Below are positions 47,282-56,374 of a stretch of 56,374 nt of DNA, piece after piece. The first letter of the stretch is position 1, and each line of letters begins with the position of its first letter. Origin of the DNA: Candidatus Woesearchaeota archaeon. GTDB lineage: Archaea; Nanobdellota; Nanobdellia; Woesearchaeales; GW2011-AR4. The notes under the pieces were generated by a model that did no database searches, was not told the origin of the DNA, and saw only the letters and a list, made by a program, of their open reading frames with translations. The DNA lies in contig JACPMV010000046.1 of assembly GCA_016185845.1 (NCBI GenBank), forward strand, positions 1 to 56,374, written 5' to 3'. A program made the translations under genes and the position numbers.

Positions 47282-48457
47282 TCATTCTGACACTGCCTCT
47301 ACATGGGCCGTCCTATACTCTTTATTGTTCTTCATAAGATAATAGAAGATTATCGTTCCTGCCAATGTTATTATTGCCGATGATATAAAAACAACTGTAA
47401 GGTTTGTGGCTACCATTATCAATCCTGCTATCATTGGACCTATCCCGGCCCCTATCCCGAATGCAGTATTAAAAATTCCCATCACAGAGCCCATTCCCAT
47501 CTTTCTTCCGAGCTTTGCCGTTATCGCGCTGCCTGCAGGTATTGAAACAGCCGAGCCGAATCCCATAATCAGGTTTAGGGCAAGCAGCGAATAAAATCCC
47601 GTTGCAAAAGGCATTAGCAATAATGAAGCCGCCATTATGAAAGTCCCTATTATTGTCATCATAATCTTGTCTTTTTTGTCAGCCACAATCCCGAAATATC
47701 TTTGAAAGGCAGAAGAGACTATCAAATTAGTGCTGACCATGAATCCAATCTGAAATATTGTTACATCCAGTCTTTGCGCGAGCAATGGCAAAAAGCCCAT
47801 CAGTGCAGCTATACCATAGGCATTTAGCAGCCTGAAAATTATCATTGCCTGCATCGTTTTGTCTTTCATTATAACTTTCATCGAAGATGGCTTTATTTTT
47901 TTATGGGCGTTAATCTCCGGCAGCATGAAAATCAGCAGAAGCAGGGATAAAAAGCTGATTGCGCCCATTGTGTAGAACGCGGCATTCATGCTCCACAGGT
48001 CGTGCAGCGACCCTCCAATTATAGGCCCGAAGGCCATGCCCATGAAAAAAGCTATTGTGAATGTTCCAAGATATTTTCCTTCCTGGTTTTTTGGCGCAAT
48101 ATCGCCTATGTAAGCCATTGCTATCGGCAAAATCATTGCAGACGCCAGCCCATGAAAAAACCTGACTGCTGTAAGTGAAATCACAGTATGCGAGGCTGCA
48201 TAGAAAAACGAAAGTATTGTGTATCCGATAAGTCCTGCAATCATGATATTTTTTCTTCCGCTTAAATCAGACCATCTTCCTATCAAAGGAGTAAAAATGG
48301 CTCTTGACAGAGTAAACGCTCCGAATATCAGCCCGATAAAGAATCCGTTTGCCCCAAGGCTTTCTGCATAGATACCCATGAACGGCTCTATAATGCCGAC
48401 TCCGAGCATTGTAGCAAAGACAGCGATGAAAAGCACTGTAAAAATCCTTTTTTCCAT
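47282..48457 (-). CDS. MFS transporter (DHA1-like)
   Basis: GRWSDLSGRK motif A; about 12 TMs. Confidence 0.92.
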   Translation of the reverse strand: MEKRIFTVLFIAVFATMLGVGIIEPFMGIYAESLGANGFFIGLIFGAFTLSRAIFTPLIGRWSDLSGRKNIMIAGLIGYTILSFFYAASHTVISLTAVRFFHGLASAMILPIAMAYIGDIAPKNQEGKYLGTFTIAFFMGMAFGPIIGGSLHDLWSMNAAFYTMGAISFLSLLLLIFMLPEINAHKKIKPSSMKVIMKDKTMQAMIIFRLLNAYGIAALMGFLPLLAQRLDVTIFQIGFMVSTNLIVSSAFQRYFGIVADKKDKIMMTIIGTFIMAASLLLMPFATGFYSLLALNLIMGFGSAVSIPAGSAITAKLGRKMGMGSVMGIFNTAFGIGAGIGPMIAGLIMVATNLTVVFISSAIITLAGTIIFYYLMKNNKEYRTAHVEAVSE

Positions 48458-48481
48458 GCATCTGGAAAAGTTTAGATGTTT

Positions 48482-49045
48482 TTAAGAGTTGCTGTTTATT
48501 GATTTATTTATCAGCTCAAGAAGCTGCGGGAATTTCTCAAATCCTGCTTTTTTATTTAAGTGCCCTCCGTTTTTTATTATATGCAGCTCGGCGTCAAGCA
48601 AAACCGCAAGCTGCCTTGTTGTTTCTATTGATATGTACTCGTCATTGTCGGAGCCTATAACAAAGAAATGCCCGCAATTCTCAATTATCCTGCTCCAGTT
48701 GAATTTCTTGTCATCAAAGCTTTTGTTTAATTCCTTAAATTCATTTTCCAGAGGCCTATGCCAACCAGCCACTAAAAAAGCTGCTTTTATTTCCCTGTCC
48801 GACTGCTCCAAATAATTTAATATGAAATTTGCTCCCAGACTGTGCCCTATCATCACAGTATCTGCATTTATCTTGTCTTCATATTTTTTAATGATTTTAA
48901 GCCAGCTTTCAAGAGACTGGCCTACAGGCGTAGGAAATTTTGGCACAATAACTTCGTAGCCTTTTTGCTCCAATTCTTCCTTCAGCCAGGGGAACCAGTT
49001 CTCTTCCGGATGGCCGTAGATTCCGTGAATTATGAAGAAGTTCAT
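48482..49045 (-). CDS. RBBP9/YdeN-family serine hydrolase
   Basis: IHG..NWFPWL, GHSLG, SDNDEY, GGH. Confidence 0.9.
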   Translation of the reverse strand: MNFFIIHGIYGHPEENWFPWLKEELEQKGYEVIVPKFPTPVGQSLESWLKIIKKYEDKINADTVMIGHSLGANFILNYLEQSDREIKAAFLVAGWHRPLENEFKELNKSFDDKKFNWSRIIENCGHFFVIGSDNDEYISIETTRQLAVLLDAELHIIKNGGHLNKKAGFEKFPQLLELINKSINSNS

Positions 49046-49560
49046 TTTATCCTCGCGTAAAGATACATGTCCACAAACTCACCATCTTTTATTCTGTGCT
49101 TTCTTAAAAGTCCTTCTTTTTTGAATTTATTTTTTATAAGCACTGTTACAGAATTCTTGTTTTTTAAAAAAACATAAGCGTACAGCCTGTCAAGCTTCAG
49201 CTTTTTAAAGGAAAAATCAACAACAGTTTTTATAGCTTCTGTCATTATTCCCTGATTCCAGTATAGTCTGCCAACCCAATAACCAATTTCTGCTTTGTGT
49301 TTTTCTATATTCTTTAGGCTTATGCTGCCTACAAATTTTTTGTTTTTTTCAATCACAAAAATAATTTCTTTTATAGGTTTTTTTCTTGCAGTTTTTTGGC
49401 AGCGTTTTATCCATTTTTTTGCACGATTTAATGTAAATGGATATTTAACTCCAGTCATGAACTGTATTATTTTTATGTCATTGAAATTCTCATATAAATC
49501 TTGAGCATCCTTGGTGCTGTAAGGCCTTAAGATAATGTTTTTTGATTTTAGAACTGCCAT
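49042..49560 (-). CDS. GNAT acetyltransferase (RimJ/RimL-like)
   Basis: AEIGYW..YWNQGIMTEA..N..S..FKKEGLLR. Confidence 0.9.
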   Translation of the reverse strand: MAVLKSKNIILRPYSTKDAQDLYENFNDIKIIQFMTGVKYPFTLNRAKKWIKRCQKTARKKPIKEIIFVIEKNKKFVGSISLKNIEKHKAEIGYWVGRLYWNQGIMTEAIKTVVDFSFKKLKLDRLYAYVFLKNKNSVTVLIKNKFKKEGLLRKHRIKDGEFVDMYLYARIK

Positions 49561-49561
49561 T

Positions 49562-51316
49562 TTATCTCCTGAAAAAATCCTTCAGCGTAATCTGCTCATC
49601 CCTTTTCGAGCTTAGGTAAATGACCTGCCCTTCTCTAGAACCAAACCTGTAGATTGAGATTCCCTTGCAGCCAAGCTCATAAGCCATGGTGAATATTTTC
49701 CCGGCATCTTCAACAGTCGCGTCTTTCGGCAAAGTCACCGTTTTTGAAATCCCGTTGTCAACATATTTTTGGAAAGCAGCCTGCATTCTTACATGCCATT
49801 CCGGAGCTATGTCGGATCCGACAACAAATATCCTCCTCGTCATTGCAGGTATCTCATCAATGTTTTTGATTGAGCCTTCCCGGTTTATCCTTTCAATGAT
49901 CCCATCATCATATGACTTATTTTTAATCAGCGCCTTCTTTAGACTTTCATTGAAATAAACCAAAGTTTTCCCTTCTGCTGTCTTTCTCGCATAGCTCAGC
50001 GCAAACAAGGGCTCGATTCCGCTTGAAGCGTCTGCAATTATGCTTATTGTGCCCGTAGGGGCTATTGTAGTTAAAGTGGCATTTCTCAGCTTGATTTTTT
50101 TATTCTTGGAATTATAAATGCTGTTTTTCCACGACGGAAAAACCCCCCTTGATTCTGCTAATTCCGTGGAAGCCCCTTTTGCCTCTTTAGAAATAAACTT
50201 CATTATTTCTTCCGCTGTTTTCAATCCTTCATTAGAATCATACGGAATTCCAAGCTTGATAAGCATATCAGCAAAGCCCATTATTCCCAGGCCTATCTTC
50301 CTGTTTTTTTCAACGATTTTCATGTTTTCTTTCAAAGGATACTCGCACATGTCTATTACATTGTCAAGAAGATGCACTGACGCATGAATGGTTTTTTTCA
50401 ATTTTGCATAGTCTATTCTTCCATTGCCGGCCATATTGGATAGGTTTATGCTTCCCAGATTGCATGACTCATAAGGCAGCAATGGCTGTTCCCCGCAGCT
50501 GTCCGTTGACTCTATTTTTCCAAGCTTTGGCGTTGGATTGAACTGGTTTATCCTGTCAATGAAAATAACTCCCGGATCTCCGTTGAGCCACGCCTGTTCG
50601 CAAATTAATTTAAAAATACTTCTAGCACTTTCCTTTTTTACTGTTTTTTTAGTTCTTGGGCTCACTAAGCTGTAGCTTTTGTTTTTTCTTACAGCATCCA
50701 TGAATTCATCGGTTATCGCAACAGAAACATTGAAATTCGTCAGGACATTTTCCTTGCTTTTTACAGTTATCAAATCTTCTATATCCGGATGGTCCGCATT
50801 CAAAATGCCCATGTTTGCGCCCCTTAAATTTCCCCCCAGCTTGATCTGCTCTGTTGCGGCGTCAAAGATTTTCATGAAAGAGATGGGCCCTGAAGTAAAT
50901 CCTGAGCTTTCTATTATGTCCCCTTTCGGCCTCAGTCTTGAGAAATTGAAGCCTGTTCCTGCCCCTGTCTTGTGTACCAGCGCAGTGTCATGCAGCGTCT
51001 TGAATATTGAATCTATTCCGTCTTCAATCGGCAGCACAAAGCAGGCTGCCAATTGCTGCAGCTTTCTTCCGGCGTTCAATAAGGTCGGGGAATTCGGCAG
51101 AAAATCCAATGAGGACATTAAATTATAAAATTCCTGCTCTGTTTTCTTGATATTTTTTTTCGAATTCCGGTATTTTCCGTCTGCCTGCGCAATATTTTTT
51201 GCAACTCTCCTGAACATGTCTTCCGGCTTTTCGATTACCCTGCCTTTTGCGTTCTTTTTCAGGTATCTCTGCTCAAGGATTGTCAGCGCATTTTTTGAAA
51301 GATTGATTTTTGGCAT
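49562..51316 (-). CDS. nrdJ: Adenosylcobalamin-dependent (class II) ribonucleotide reductase, variant
   Basis: PNSPTL, ACFVL, TDSCGEQPL, CNLGSINL, IAPTGTIS. Confidence 0.9.
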   Translation of the reverse strand: MPKINLSKNALTILEQRYLKKNAKGRVIEKPEDMFRRVAKNIAQADGKYRNSKKNIKKTEQEFYNLMSSLDFLPNSPTLLNAGRKLQQLAACFVLPIEDGIDSIFKTLHDTALVHKTGAGTGFNFSRLRPKGDIIESSGFTSGPISFMKIFDAATEQIKLGGNLRGANMGILNADHPDIEDLITVKSKENVLTNFNVSVAITDEFMDAVRKNKSYSLVSPRTKKTVKKESARSIFKLICEQAWLNGDPGVIFIDRINQFNPTPKLGKIESTDSCGEQPLLPYESCNLGSINLSNMAGNGRIDYAKLKKTIHASVHLLDNVIDMCEYPLKENMKIVEKNRKIGLGIMGFADMLIKLGIPYDSNEGLKTAEEIMKFISKEAKGASTELAESRGVFPSWKNSIYNSKNKKIKLRNATLTTIAPTGTISIIADASSGIEPLFALSYARKTAEGKTLVYFNESLKKALIKNKSYDDGIIERINREGSIKNIDEIPAMTRRIFVVGSDIAPEWHVRMQAAFQKYVDNGISKTVTLPKDATVEDAGKIFTMAYELGCKGISIYRFGSREGQVIYLSSKRDEQITLKDFFRR

Positions 51317-51317
51317 T

Positions 51318-51704
51318 TTACTTTACAAATTCAACTCCAGTTTTATCTTCAAATTTCATATCTCCGGTTAAAAATGGCACTTCACTTGATAATGCGTATA
51401 TATACCCCATGCAATCTATATAGCTTAGTTTCTCTTTTTTGTGCAGATATTTTAATTCCATTGCCCCTTGAATCATGCTTTTTGGTATTATCACTGCCGA
51501 GTCTTCCCATTCTGCAAAATATTTTTCAGCTATACCCCTTCCAAAATCTCTTAACAGCGAATAATAGAGTTCCATCAGGTTTAGCTCTGAAGTCACCAGA
51601 ATAAAGTCTGTGTATTTGCTGTAATTTTTATTGCCTTTGATTATTTCTATCAGGGCATAAGTATCACAAAAGAAGGTTTTAATGCTCATCATATCCTTCG
51701 TCAA
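51318..51704 (-). CDS. vapC: PIN-domain VapC toxin
   Basis: DTYALIE, NLME, LSYIDC, LTGD. Confidence 0.88.
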   Translation of the reverse strand: MTKDMMSIKTFFCDTYALIEIIKGNKNYSKYTDFILVTSELNLMELYYSLLRDFGRGIAEKYFAEWEDSAVIIPKSMIQGAMELKYLHKKEKLSYIDCMGYIYALSSEVPFLTGDMKFEDKTGVEFVK

Positions 51705-51903
51705 TCTCGTCCATAATCTGCTGGGTCGGCTTCTTGATTTTTAGTGTTCCAAATAGTTTCTTTATCTTCTGCCTGCTGTCTCCCATAACTAAAAATATCG
51801 CTTCCTTATTCATTTTCAGGTTTTCTGATTTTATTATCTCTGTAGGTATAGTAACGCCGAGCGAATTTCCCCATTTTTTAGGCGCGGCTTTGAATTGCTC
51901 CAT
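51679..51903 (-). CDS. AbrB/MazE-type antitoxin
   Basis: KKWGNSLGVTIP; AGGTGA SD before ATG 51903. Confidence 0.88.
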   Translation of the reverse strand: MEQFKAAPKKWGNSLGVTIPTEIIKSENLKMNKEAIFLVMGDSRQKIKKLFGTLKIKKPTQQIMDEIDEGYDEH

Positions 51904-51973
51904 TTTTATCACCTTCTTATATGTATAATTTAATTATATTTAAACCTTTGCTTTTTATGCAATCCATAAATAA

Positions 51974-52060
51974 CGCAAATTCGACACTTGGTGCCAGTCG
52001 AATTTGCGGGATTGAAAATTGTCAGACTAAAATCTGGAAATTATACTGGCAATTTTCAAT
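51974..52060. repeat. Double-hairpin REP-like element
   Basis: CGCAAATTCGAC/GTCGAATTTGCG (12 bp) and ATTGAAAATTG/CAATTTTCAAT (11 bp) perfect stems. Confidence 0.6.
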
Positions 52061-52093
52061 AAATTTATATAAATTAAAGCTAAAGATGCTATT

Positions 52094-52378
52094 ATGGAGG
52101 AGCCTTTGTCAATAAAAGACGTGCACGACAGGCTGCAGGAGCTGCCTGGCTGGGAGATGCCAAGCCATACTGAGATTGCAAAGGAATTTGAGTTTGCAAA
52201 TTTCAGCGAAGCAATGGATTTTGTGAAGAAAGTGGGGGAAGAATCTGAAAGGCAGCACCATCATCCTGATATTCTGATAAGGGACAATAGGGTTTTGCTG
52301 ACTTTGACAACTCATGAAGATAATGGGCTGACTTACATGGACTTCAAGATGGCAAAGATTATAGAGCAGATGGTTTAA
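52094..52378 (+). CDS. phhB: Pterin-4-alpha-carbinolamine dehydratase
   Basis: LPGW..F.F.NF..HHPDI..LTTH..GLT..D. Confidence 0.9.
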   Translation: MEEPLSIKDVHDRLQELPGWEMPSHTEIAKEFEFANFSEAMDFVKKVGEESERQHHHPDILIRDNRVLLTLTTHEDNGLTYMDFKMAKIIEQMV

Positions 52379-52417
52379 GATAAGTGTGCGGGTTATAGGG
52401 AATTGAATATCAAATTT

Positions 52418-52726
52418 TTATTTGGCAACGACTTCTGCTTCGAGACCAGACACTTCTTCATTGTGCGTTTTCAATAGTGCGTCTATTTGTGCAACCTGCT
52501 CTGGCGTAAATGCATCCGGATTTTGATTATGGGATACTGCTTTTCTATTTTTATTCTCTGGTTTGCCAAGATGCTCAACAAATGCACGAACCAAAGAATC
52601 AAAATTACCGGGCTTGGGGGAAGTTCCATCAGAACGGGCATAAAATGTGTACCAGCCCGGGAAATTACCTGGATCAGCAAAACCATAAATGTACGACAGA
52701 GGAATTATTTCATTTGACTCAGCCAT
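52418..52726 (-). CDS. Hypothetical protein
   Basis: 102-aa ORF with upstream TATA-like TTTAAA. Confidence 0.5.
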   Translation of the reverse strand: MAESNEIIPLSYIYGFADPGNFPGWYTFYARSDGTSPKPGNFDSLVRAFVEHLGKPENKNRKAVSHNQNPDAFTPEQVAQIDALLKTHNEEVSGLEAEVVAK

Positions 52727-52777
52727 ACTGATTAGAAATATGGCAGTGTTTAAATTATTTTCGCCGTTATTTACTAT

Positions 52778-53380
52778 CTAGTACTCAATCCCCTTTCTCG
52801 CGACAATGCCCTTCTGCCACGGATGCTTCAATCCTGAAACTACATTGACGTAATCTGCCGCATCCATCAGCTCTTTTGGAGCGTCCCTTCCCGTGAATAT
52901 TAATTCAACTTCGCCGTGATTTTTAGCTATATCAAGCACTTCCTGCAGCGGGATAAGCCCTTTAGCCAAAACGCAATTAATCTCGTCCATTACCACAACA
53001 TCAAAATTGCTGCTTTTGATTATGTTCTTTGCGTGCTCCCAGCCCTGCAATGCAGCCTCTTTCTCCTGGATATCCGGCTGGAAGACAAACCTTCCTGTCT
53101 TGTCCTTGAATTCCTGCAGGCTTTTCTGCTTCAGCGCATCAACGCCAAACTGCTCTATCTCGAAGCCAAGCTTCTTTGCGCCGTATAGCTCTCCTGTAAA
53201 GCCGCTTTTAAGAAACTGTATCATATGGACTCTCAGATTATTCCCGACTGCTCTTAATGCTATCCCCAAAGAGGAAGTTGTCTTTCCTTTTCCGTCTCCT
53301 GTGATGACATGAACAAGTCCAAGTTTGCCGGAGTCATCCCCTCTGACAGTAATCGGCTTTTTTATTTGAGTTAGTGACAT
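52778..53380 (-). CDS. cobO: Cob(I)alamin adenosyltransferase (CobO/BtuR type)
   Basis: TGDGKGKTTSS, QFLK, MDEI, FTGR, KHP..ARKGIEY. Confidence 0.94.
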   Translation of the reverse strand: MSLTQIKKPITVRGDDSGKLGLVHVITGDGKGKTTSSLGIALRAVGNNLRVHMIQFLKSGFTGELYGAKKLGFEIEQFGVDALKQKSLQEFKDKTGRFVFQPDIQEKEAALQGWEHAKNIIKSSNFDVVVMDEINCVLAKGLIPLQEVLDIAKNHGEVELIFTGRDAPKELMDAADYVNVVSGLKHPWQKGIVARKGIEY

Positions 53381-53417
53381 TTTATTGGAGATTTTTTAAT
53401 AGCATTTCTTTATTTTC

Positions 53418-53560
53418 AATCCGCTCACTTCGTTCGCAACAATTAGTGCTCGTTGTCGCTCCGATTGCCACATCGCGACAACTCGCCTATACATTTACTA
53501 ATGAAATCACAAGCGGTTCACTTTCTTAGCCTTTGGGGCAAAAAGTCGCTCTCGTTGATT
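53418..53560. repeat. Structured intergenic element (REP/MITE-like or ncRNA)
   Basis: GCTCACTTCGTTCGC; GTTGTCGC/GCGACAAC stem; second long imperfect hairpin at 53504-53560. Confidence 0.45.
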
Positions 53561-53681
53561 TAAAAAATTTAATTTTGTTTTTGCCGTTTATTGTAAATGT
53601 AAGCACTATTTATTGATAAATCTATCTGCAAATCTCATCTCCTTTTTTAATGGTAAATTAAATAATAATAAAAGAAATAAA

Positions 53682-56374
53682 CTACATGCAAAGGCCCCAG
53701 CCGCATCCCGGGCAGTGCAAACATCCTTCTTTCAGCTCAACCAAAGTATTGCACTCAGGGCAGTTCTTGATTGTTGCTTTTGTCATTGGCCTTTCTGTTT
53801 TTTGATTGCCGTTGTTCGCATACACCAAGCCATGCCCGGCTTCCTTTACTGCTTTTGCCGGCTGAGGAGTTTCTGCTTTTGCCTCCTGCTTGTGCTCTTT
53901 AGCGCTTGGCGCAACTAAAACCTGGTCCTTGATGCTGGAATCCCTGAATACTGTTACATCCTTGCATCCGAGCCTGTAAGCCATGATATATGAGTCCCTC
54001 ATGTGCTCCAAGGTGGCATCTGCGGGGAAATTGTTTGTCTTTGAAATGGAAGAATCCACCCATCTCTGGAATGCTGCCAGCGCCCTTATATGGTCTTCAG
54101 GAGTTATGTCCATTGCAGTGACCAATGCCTTTCTTATCTTTTCAGGTATGTAATCAATGTTTTGGATGCTGCCGCGATGCTTGTTTATGTCTTCCAGCAC
54201 TTTCTCGTTGAACAGCCCTTCTTCCCTCAGGACTTTCTCAGCTGCAGGGTCAATGTAGAAGAAGCTGCCGACCTTGACATTCTTCTCGAATACAACTGAA
54301 TACACTGGCTCCATTCCGGAAGAGCAGCCTGCAATCATTGAGATGCTTCCTGTAGGGGCGATTATAGTTGTGTAGCCGTTCCTTATTCCGTATTTTTTCA
54401 TGTCCTGGCTTATCTTGTCCCAGTTGAATCCATTAAGGCTTCCTTCCTCTGGGCCTTTTATAGGATGCCTTCCGTCCTTGTAGAAGCTCTTGCTGTAATA
54501 AGGCAGGTTGCCCCTTAATTGGGCAAGTTTTATGCTTTCCACCTTGCTCCAGTAAGCGATGAATTCCATCAGCTTTTCCATGAACTGCCTTCCTTCATCT
54601 GTGTTGTAAGGCAGCTTAAGCTCGTACAATAGGTTTGCAACGCCCATTACTCCCAGGCCAACCTTTCTTGTGCTCAGGCTCATTTCTTCTATGGATTTCA
54701 GAGGGAAATTATTTACATCTATGACATTATCAAGGAACCTTGTGCAGCTCATCACAACTTCTTTTAAGCCGTCCCAGTCAACTGTTGTCTCTCCGGTTTC
54801 CTCGTCCTTTTTTGCGAATGCCCACACGTTTATGGAGCCAAGATTGCACGGCTCATTTGGATAAAGGAGGACTTCGCCGCAATTATGCACTACTAGTCCA
54901 TTGGCTATGAAAGAATGGGTTGATGGCTCGGTTATATCATATACCTCTTTTTTACCAACATATTCAACAGATTTAACACTATCAACAAAATATTCTTCAT
55001 AAAATTTGAATTTATTTAATTTTAAAGCTTTTTCTTTCAATTTGCTATGTATAAAACCTATCTTATCAGCAAATCTTGGTACGTTTTCTTTACTTACATT
55101 TAACTCGTAGTTTGTGCCAGAGGTCTTATATATTACAAGCTCTCCTTTAGCATTTGTATATTTGAATTCTTTGGGCTTAGTCGAGCGGTTGTATATTGAA
55201 CTCCGTATTCCCAAATTCAATAAAAGCAGCTGTACATCTTTCAAGAGCTTTGTCGAGCTTGAGTTTAGTCTTATATAATTTCTGCTTTCCTTACTCAATC
55301 CTATTGTGCCGTCTGCAGCAAAGAGCCCTTGCAAGAATCCGATAACTGCTTCTTCAGTTGCGGTGAATAAAGCATTTGGGACGCATCTCTGTTCAGTTAC
55401 GCCAAGATTCTTAAAATATTTTACTACATACTTGCTTGCGCTTCTTAGCTGGATGCATTTATTTTCATACATTACTTCCTTAACTTCCCTATTGCAATAT
55501 CTCTCAAAAATAGGCTTTAGTACCTCCTTGATTTCTTTGTCCTCAGGCGCAAAAACCAAACCCATTGAATTATACTTCTCACTTAACCAGCCATCGCCTG
55601 TAAGCCATCCGAGCAATAGCCCAAGCTCCCTGCTCCATTTGGTTGGAAGGTTTAAAGTGTATGTCCTTCCATTCTCTCCAACCACCCTATTTTCTACTTT
55701 AAATTGCATTTCTGTATTTTTGTTGAAATTGCCCTGTCCAGATTGCAGGAATACGGAGTCTTCACCGGTCAATTGCCCTACTTCTTTCCAGCCATTATCA
55801 GTAAGCACCCTATGGTCAGCTGTTGCTACTATTTCATAGCCTGATTTTGTAGTAAGTTTATACGCATCCTTTACACCTGTTTTTATTATTTGCTCAGCTT
55901 CTACATTCTTGCATCCTTTTTGAATCATCAACAGATTTTTTCCTGTAGATTCAGTCCTTACATCAACTATTATGTTTTTGGTCTTAATAGAATCTATTCT
56001 TTCCAAGCCATTTTCTGTTGAAATTAAAGTATCGCCTGCAACGCATGGATTTGTAGTCACAATCGGCCCAAGATGCTCATAGAATGGATTGTAGTCATTC
56101 ACCTTGTCGAAGAATATTACTCCTGGCTCTGCCGATTCCCATGCCTGATAGACTATCTTGTCAAACAGGGCTCTTGGGCTTACATGCTTTACAACTTTCC
56201 CGTCTTTTGGATTTACTAATGGGTAGGGCTCATCAGCCTCATAATACTTCCAGAAATCACCCATTATCAATACGCTTATGTTGAAATTCCTCAATGCCTT
56301 ATTGCCGTCTTTTGCTGTTATGAATTTTTCAATGTCAGGGTGGTTTGAATTCAAGATGCCCATATTTGCCCCCC
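53682..56374 (-). CDS. nrdJ: Class II ribonucleotide reductase with intein and C-terminal Cys4 ribbon (5' end outside the window)
   Basis: TTNP|intein|CGEVLL, CNLGSIN, IAPTGSIS, CPEC..EGC..C..CG. Confidence 0.93.
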   Translation of the reverse strand, partial: GANMGILNSNHPDIEKFITAKDGNKALRNFNISVLIMGDFWKYYEADEPYPLVNPKDGKVVKHVSPRALFDKIVYQAWESAEPGVIFFDKVNDYNPFYEHLGPIVTTNPCVAGDTLISTENGLERIDSIKTKNIIVDVRTESTGKNLLMIQKGCKNVEAEQIIKTGVKDAYKLTTKSGYEIVATADHRVLTDNGWKEVGQLTGEDSVFLQSGQGNFNKNTEMQFKVENRVVGENGRTYTLNLPTKWSRELGLLLGWLTGDGWLSEKYNSMGLVFAPEDKEIKEVLKPIFERYCNREVKEVMYENKCIQLRSASKYVVKYFKNLGVTEQRCVPNALFTATEEAVIGFLQGLFAADGTIGLSKESRNYIRLNSSSTKLLKDVQLLLLNLGIRSSIYNRSTKPKEFKYTNAKGELVIYKTSGTNYELNVSKENVPRFADKIGFIHSKLKEKALKLNKFKFYEEYFVDSVKSVEYVGKKEVYDITEPSTHSFIANGLVVHNCGEVLLYPNEPCNLGSINVWAFAKKDEETGETTVDWDGLKEVVMSCTRFLDNVIDVNNFPLKSIEEMSLSTRKVGLGVMGVANLLYELKLPYNTDEGRQFMEKLMEFIAYWSKVESIKLAQLRGNLPYYSKSFYKDGRHPIKGPEEGSLNGFNWDKISQDMKKYGIRNGYTTIIAPTGSISMIAGCSSGMEPVYSVVFEKNVKVGSFFYIDPAAEKVLREEGLFNEKVLEDINKHRGSIQNIDYIPEKIRKALVTAMDITPEDHIRALAAFQRWVDSSISKTNNFPADATLEHMRDSYIMAYRLGCKDVTVFRDSSIKDQVLVAPSAKEHKQEAKAETPQPAKAVKEAGHGLVYANNGNQKTERPMTKATIKNCPECNTLVELKEGCLHCPGCGWGLCM
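54882..56045 (-). mobile_element. Intein (388 aa) with LAGLIDADG homing endonuclease
   Basis: Starts CVAGDT; block B ATADHR; LGWLTGDG and LQGLFAADG; ends FIANGLVVHN|C. Confidence 0.95.

Noticed and set aside
53381..53681. Cobalamin riboswitch upstream of cobO
   Set aside because: Conserved GGGAA / GCCACTG B12-box elements not found by eye

Overview
Chromosomal segment of an AT-rich archaeon, most likely a DPANN (Woesearchaeota-like) lineage. This is inferred from archaeal RpoL, PAC2, TrmB, a RecJ/GAN-like DHH nuclease, TATA boxes close to start codons and many lineage-type hypotheticals. Layout: (1) 0.1-6.4 kb, two co-regulated surface redox/metal operons (TlpA, CcdA, Trx-fold proteins, membrane proteins ending LPSMVGGC). 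(2) 6.7-18.1 kb, housekeeping genes around a possible chromosome-maintenance locus: a phased 11-bp iteron array, two coiled-coil/wHTH genes, XerA, a 28-bp dif/loxP-like site, a recurring GTCGWC motif and an 890-bp AT-rich gap. (3) An AbiE-like toxin-antitoxin pair flanked by a duplicated proC 5' end, upstream of proCAB. (4) 22.5-34.9 kb, an uncharacterised divergent system: a five-gene ATPase-wHTH/membrane/large-helical operon facing a tandem array of RHH + Mpv17/PMP22-like membrane-protein modules. (5) 35-56 kb, BtuF-like protein, three VapBC pairs, FNR-Bcp-TrxB, a split RPH/PEP-synthase-like dikinase with an HD protein and TrmB, PepA, Nth, Ogg, MFS, CobO and two class II ribonucleotide reductases, one intein-containing and one with an altered active-site loop. 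No tRNA, rRNA or CRISPR array was seen. All family calls come from motif recognition by eye; no database search was run.
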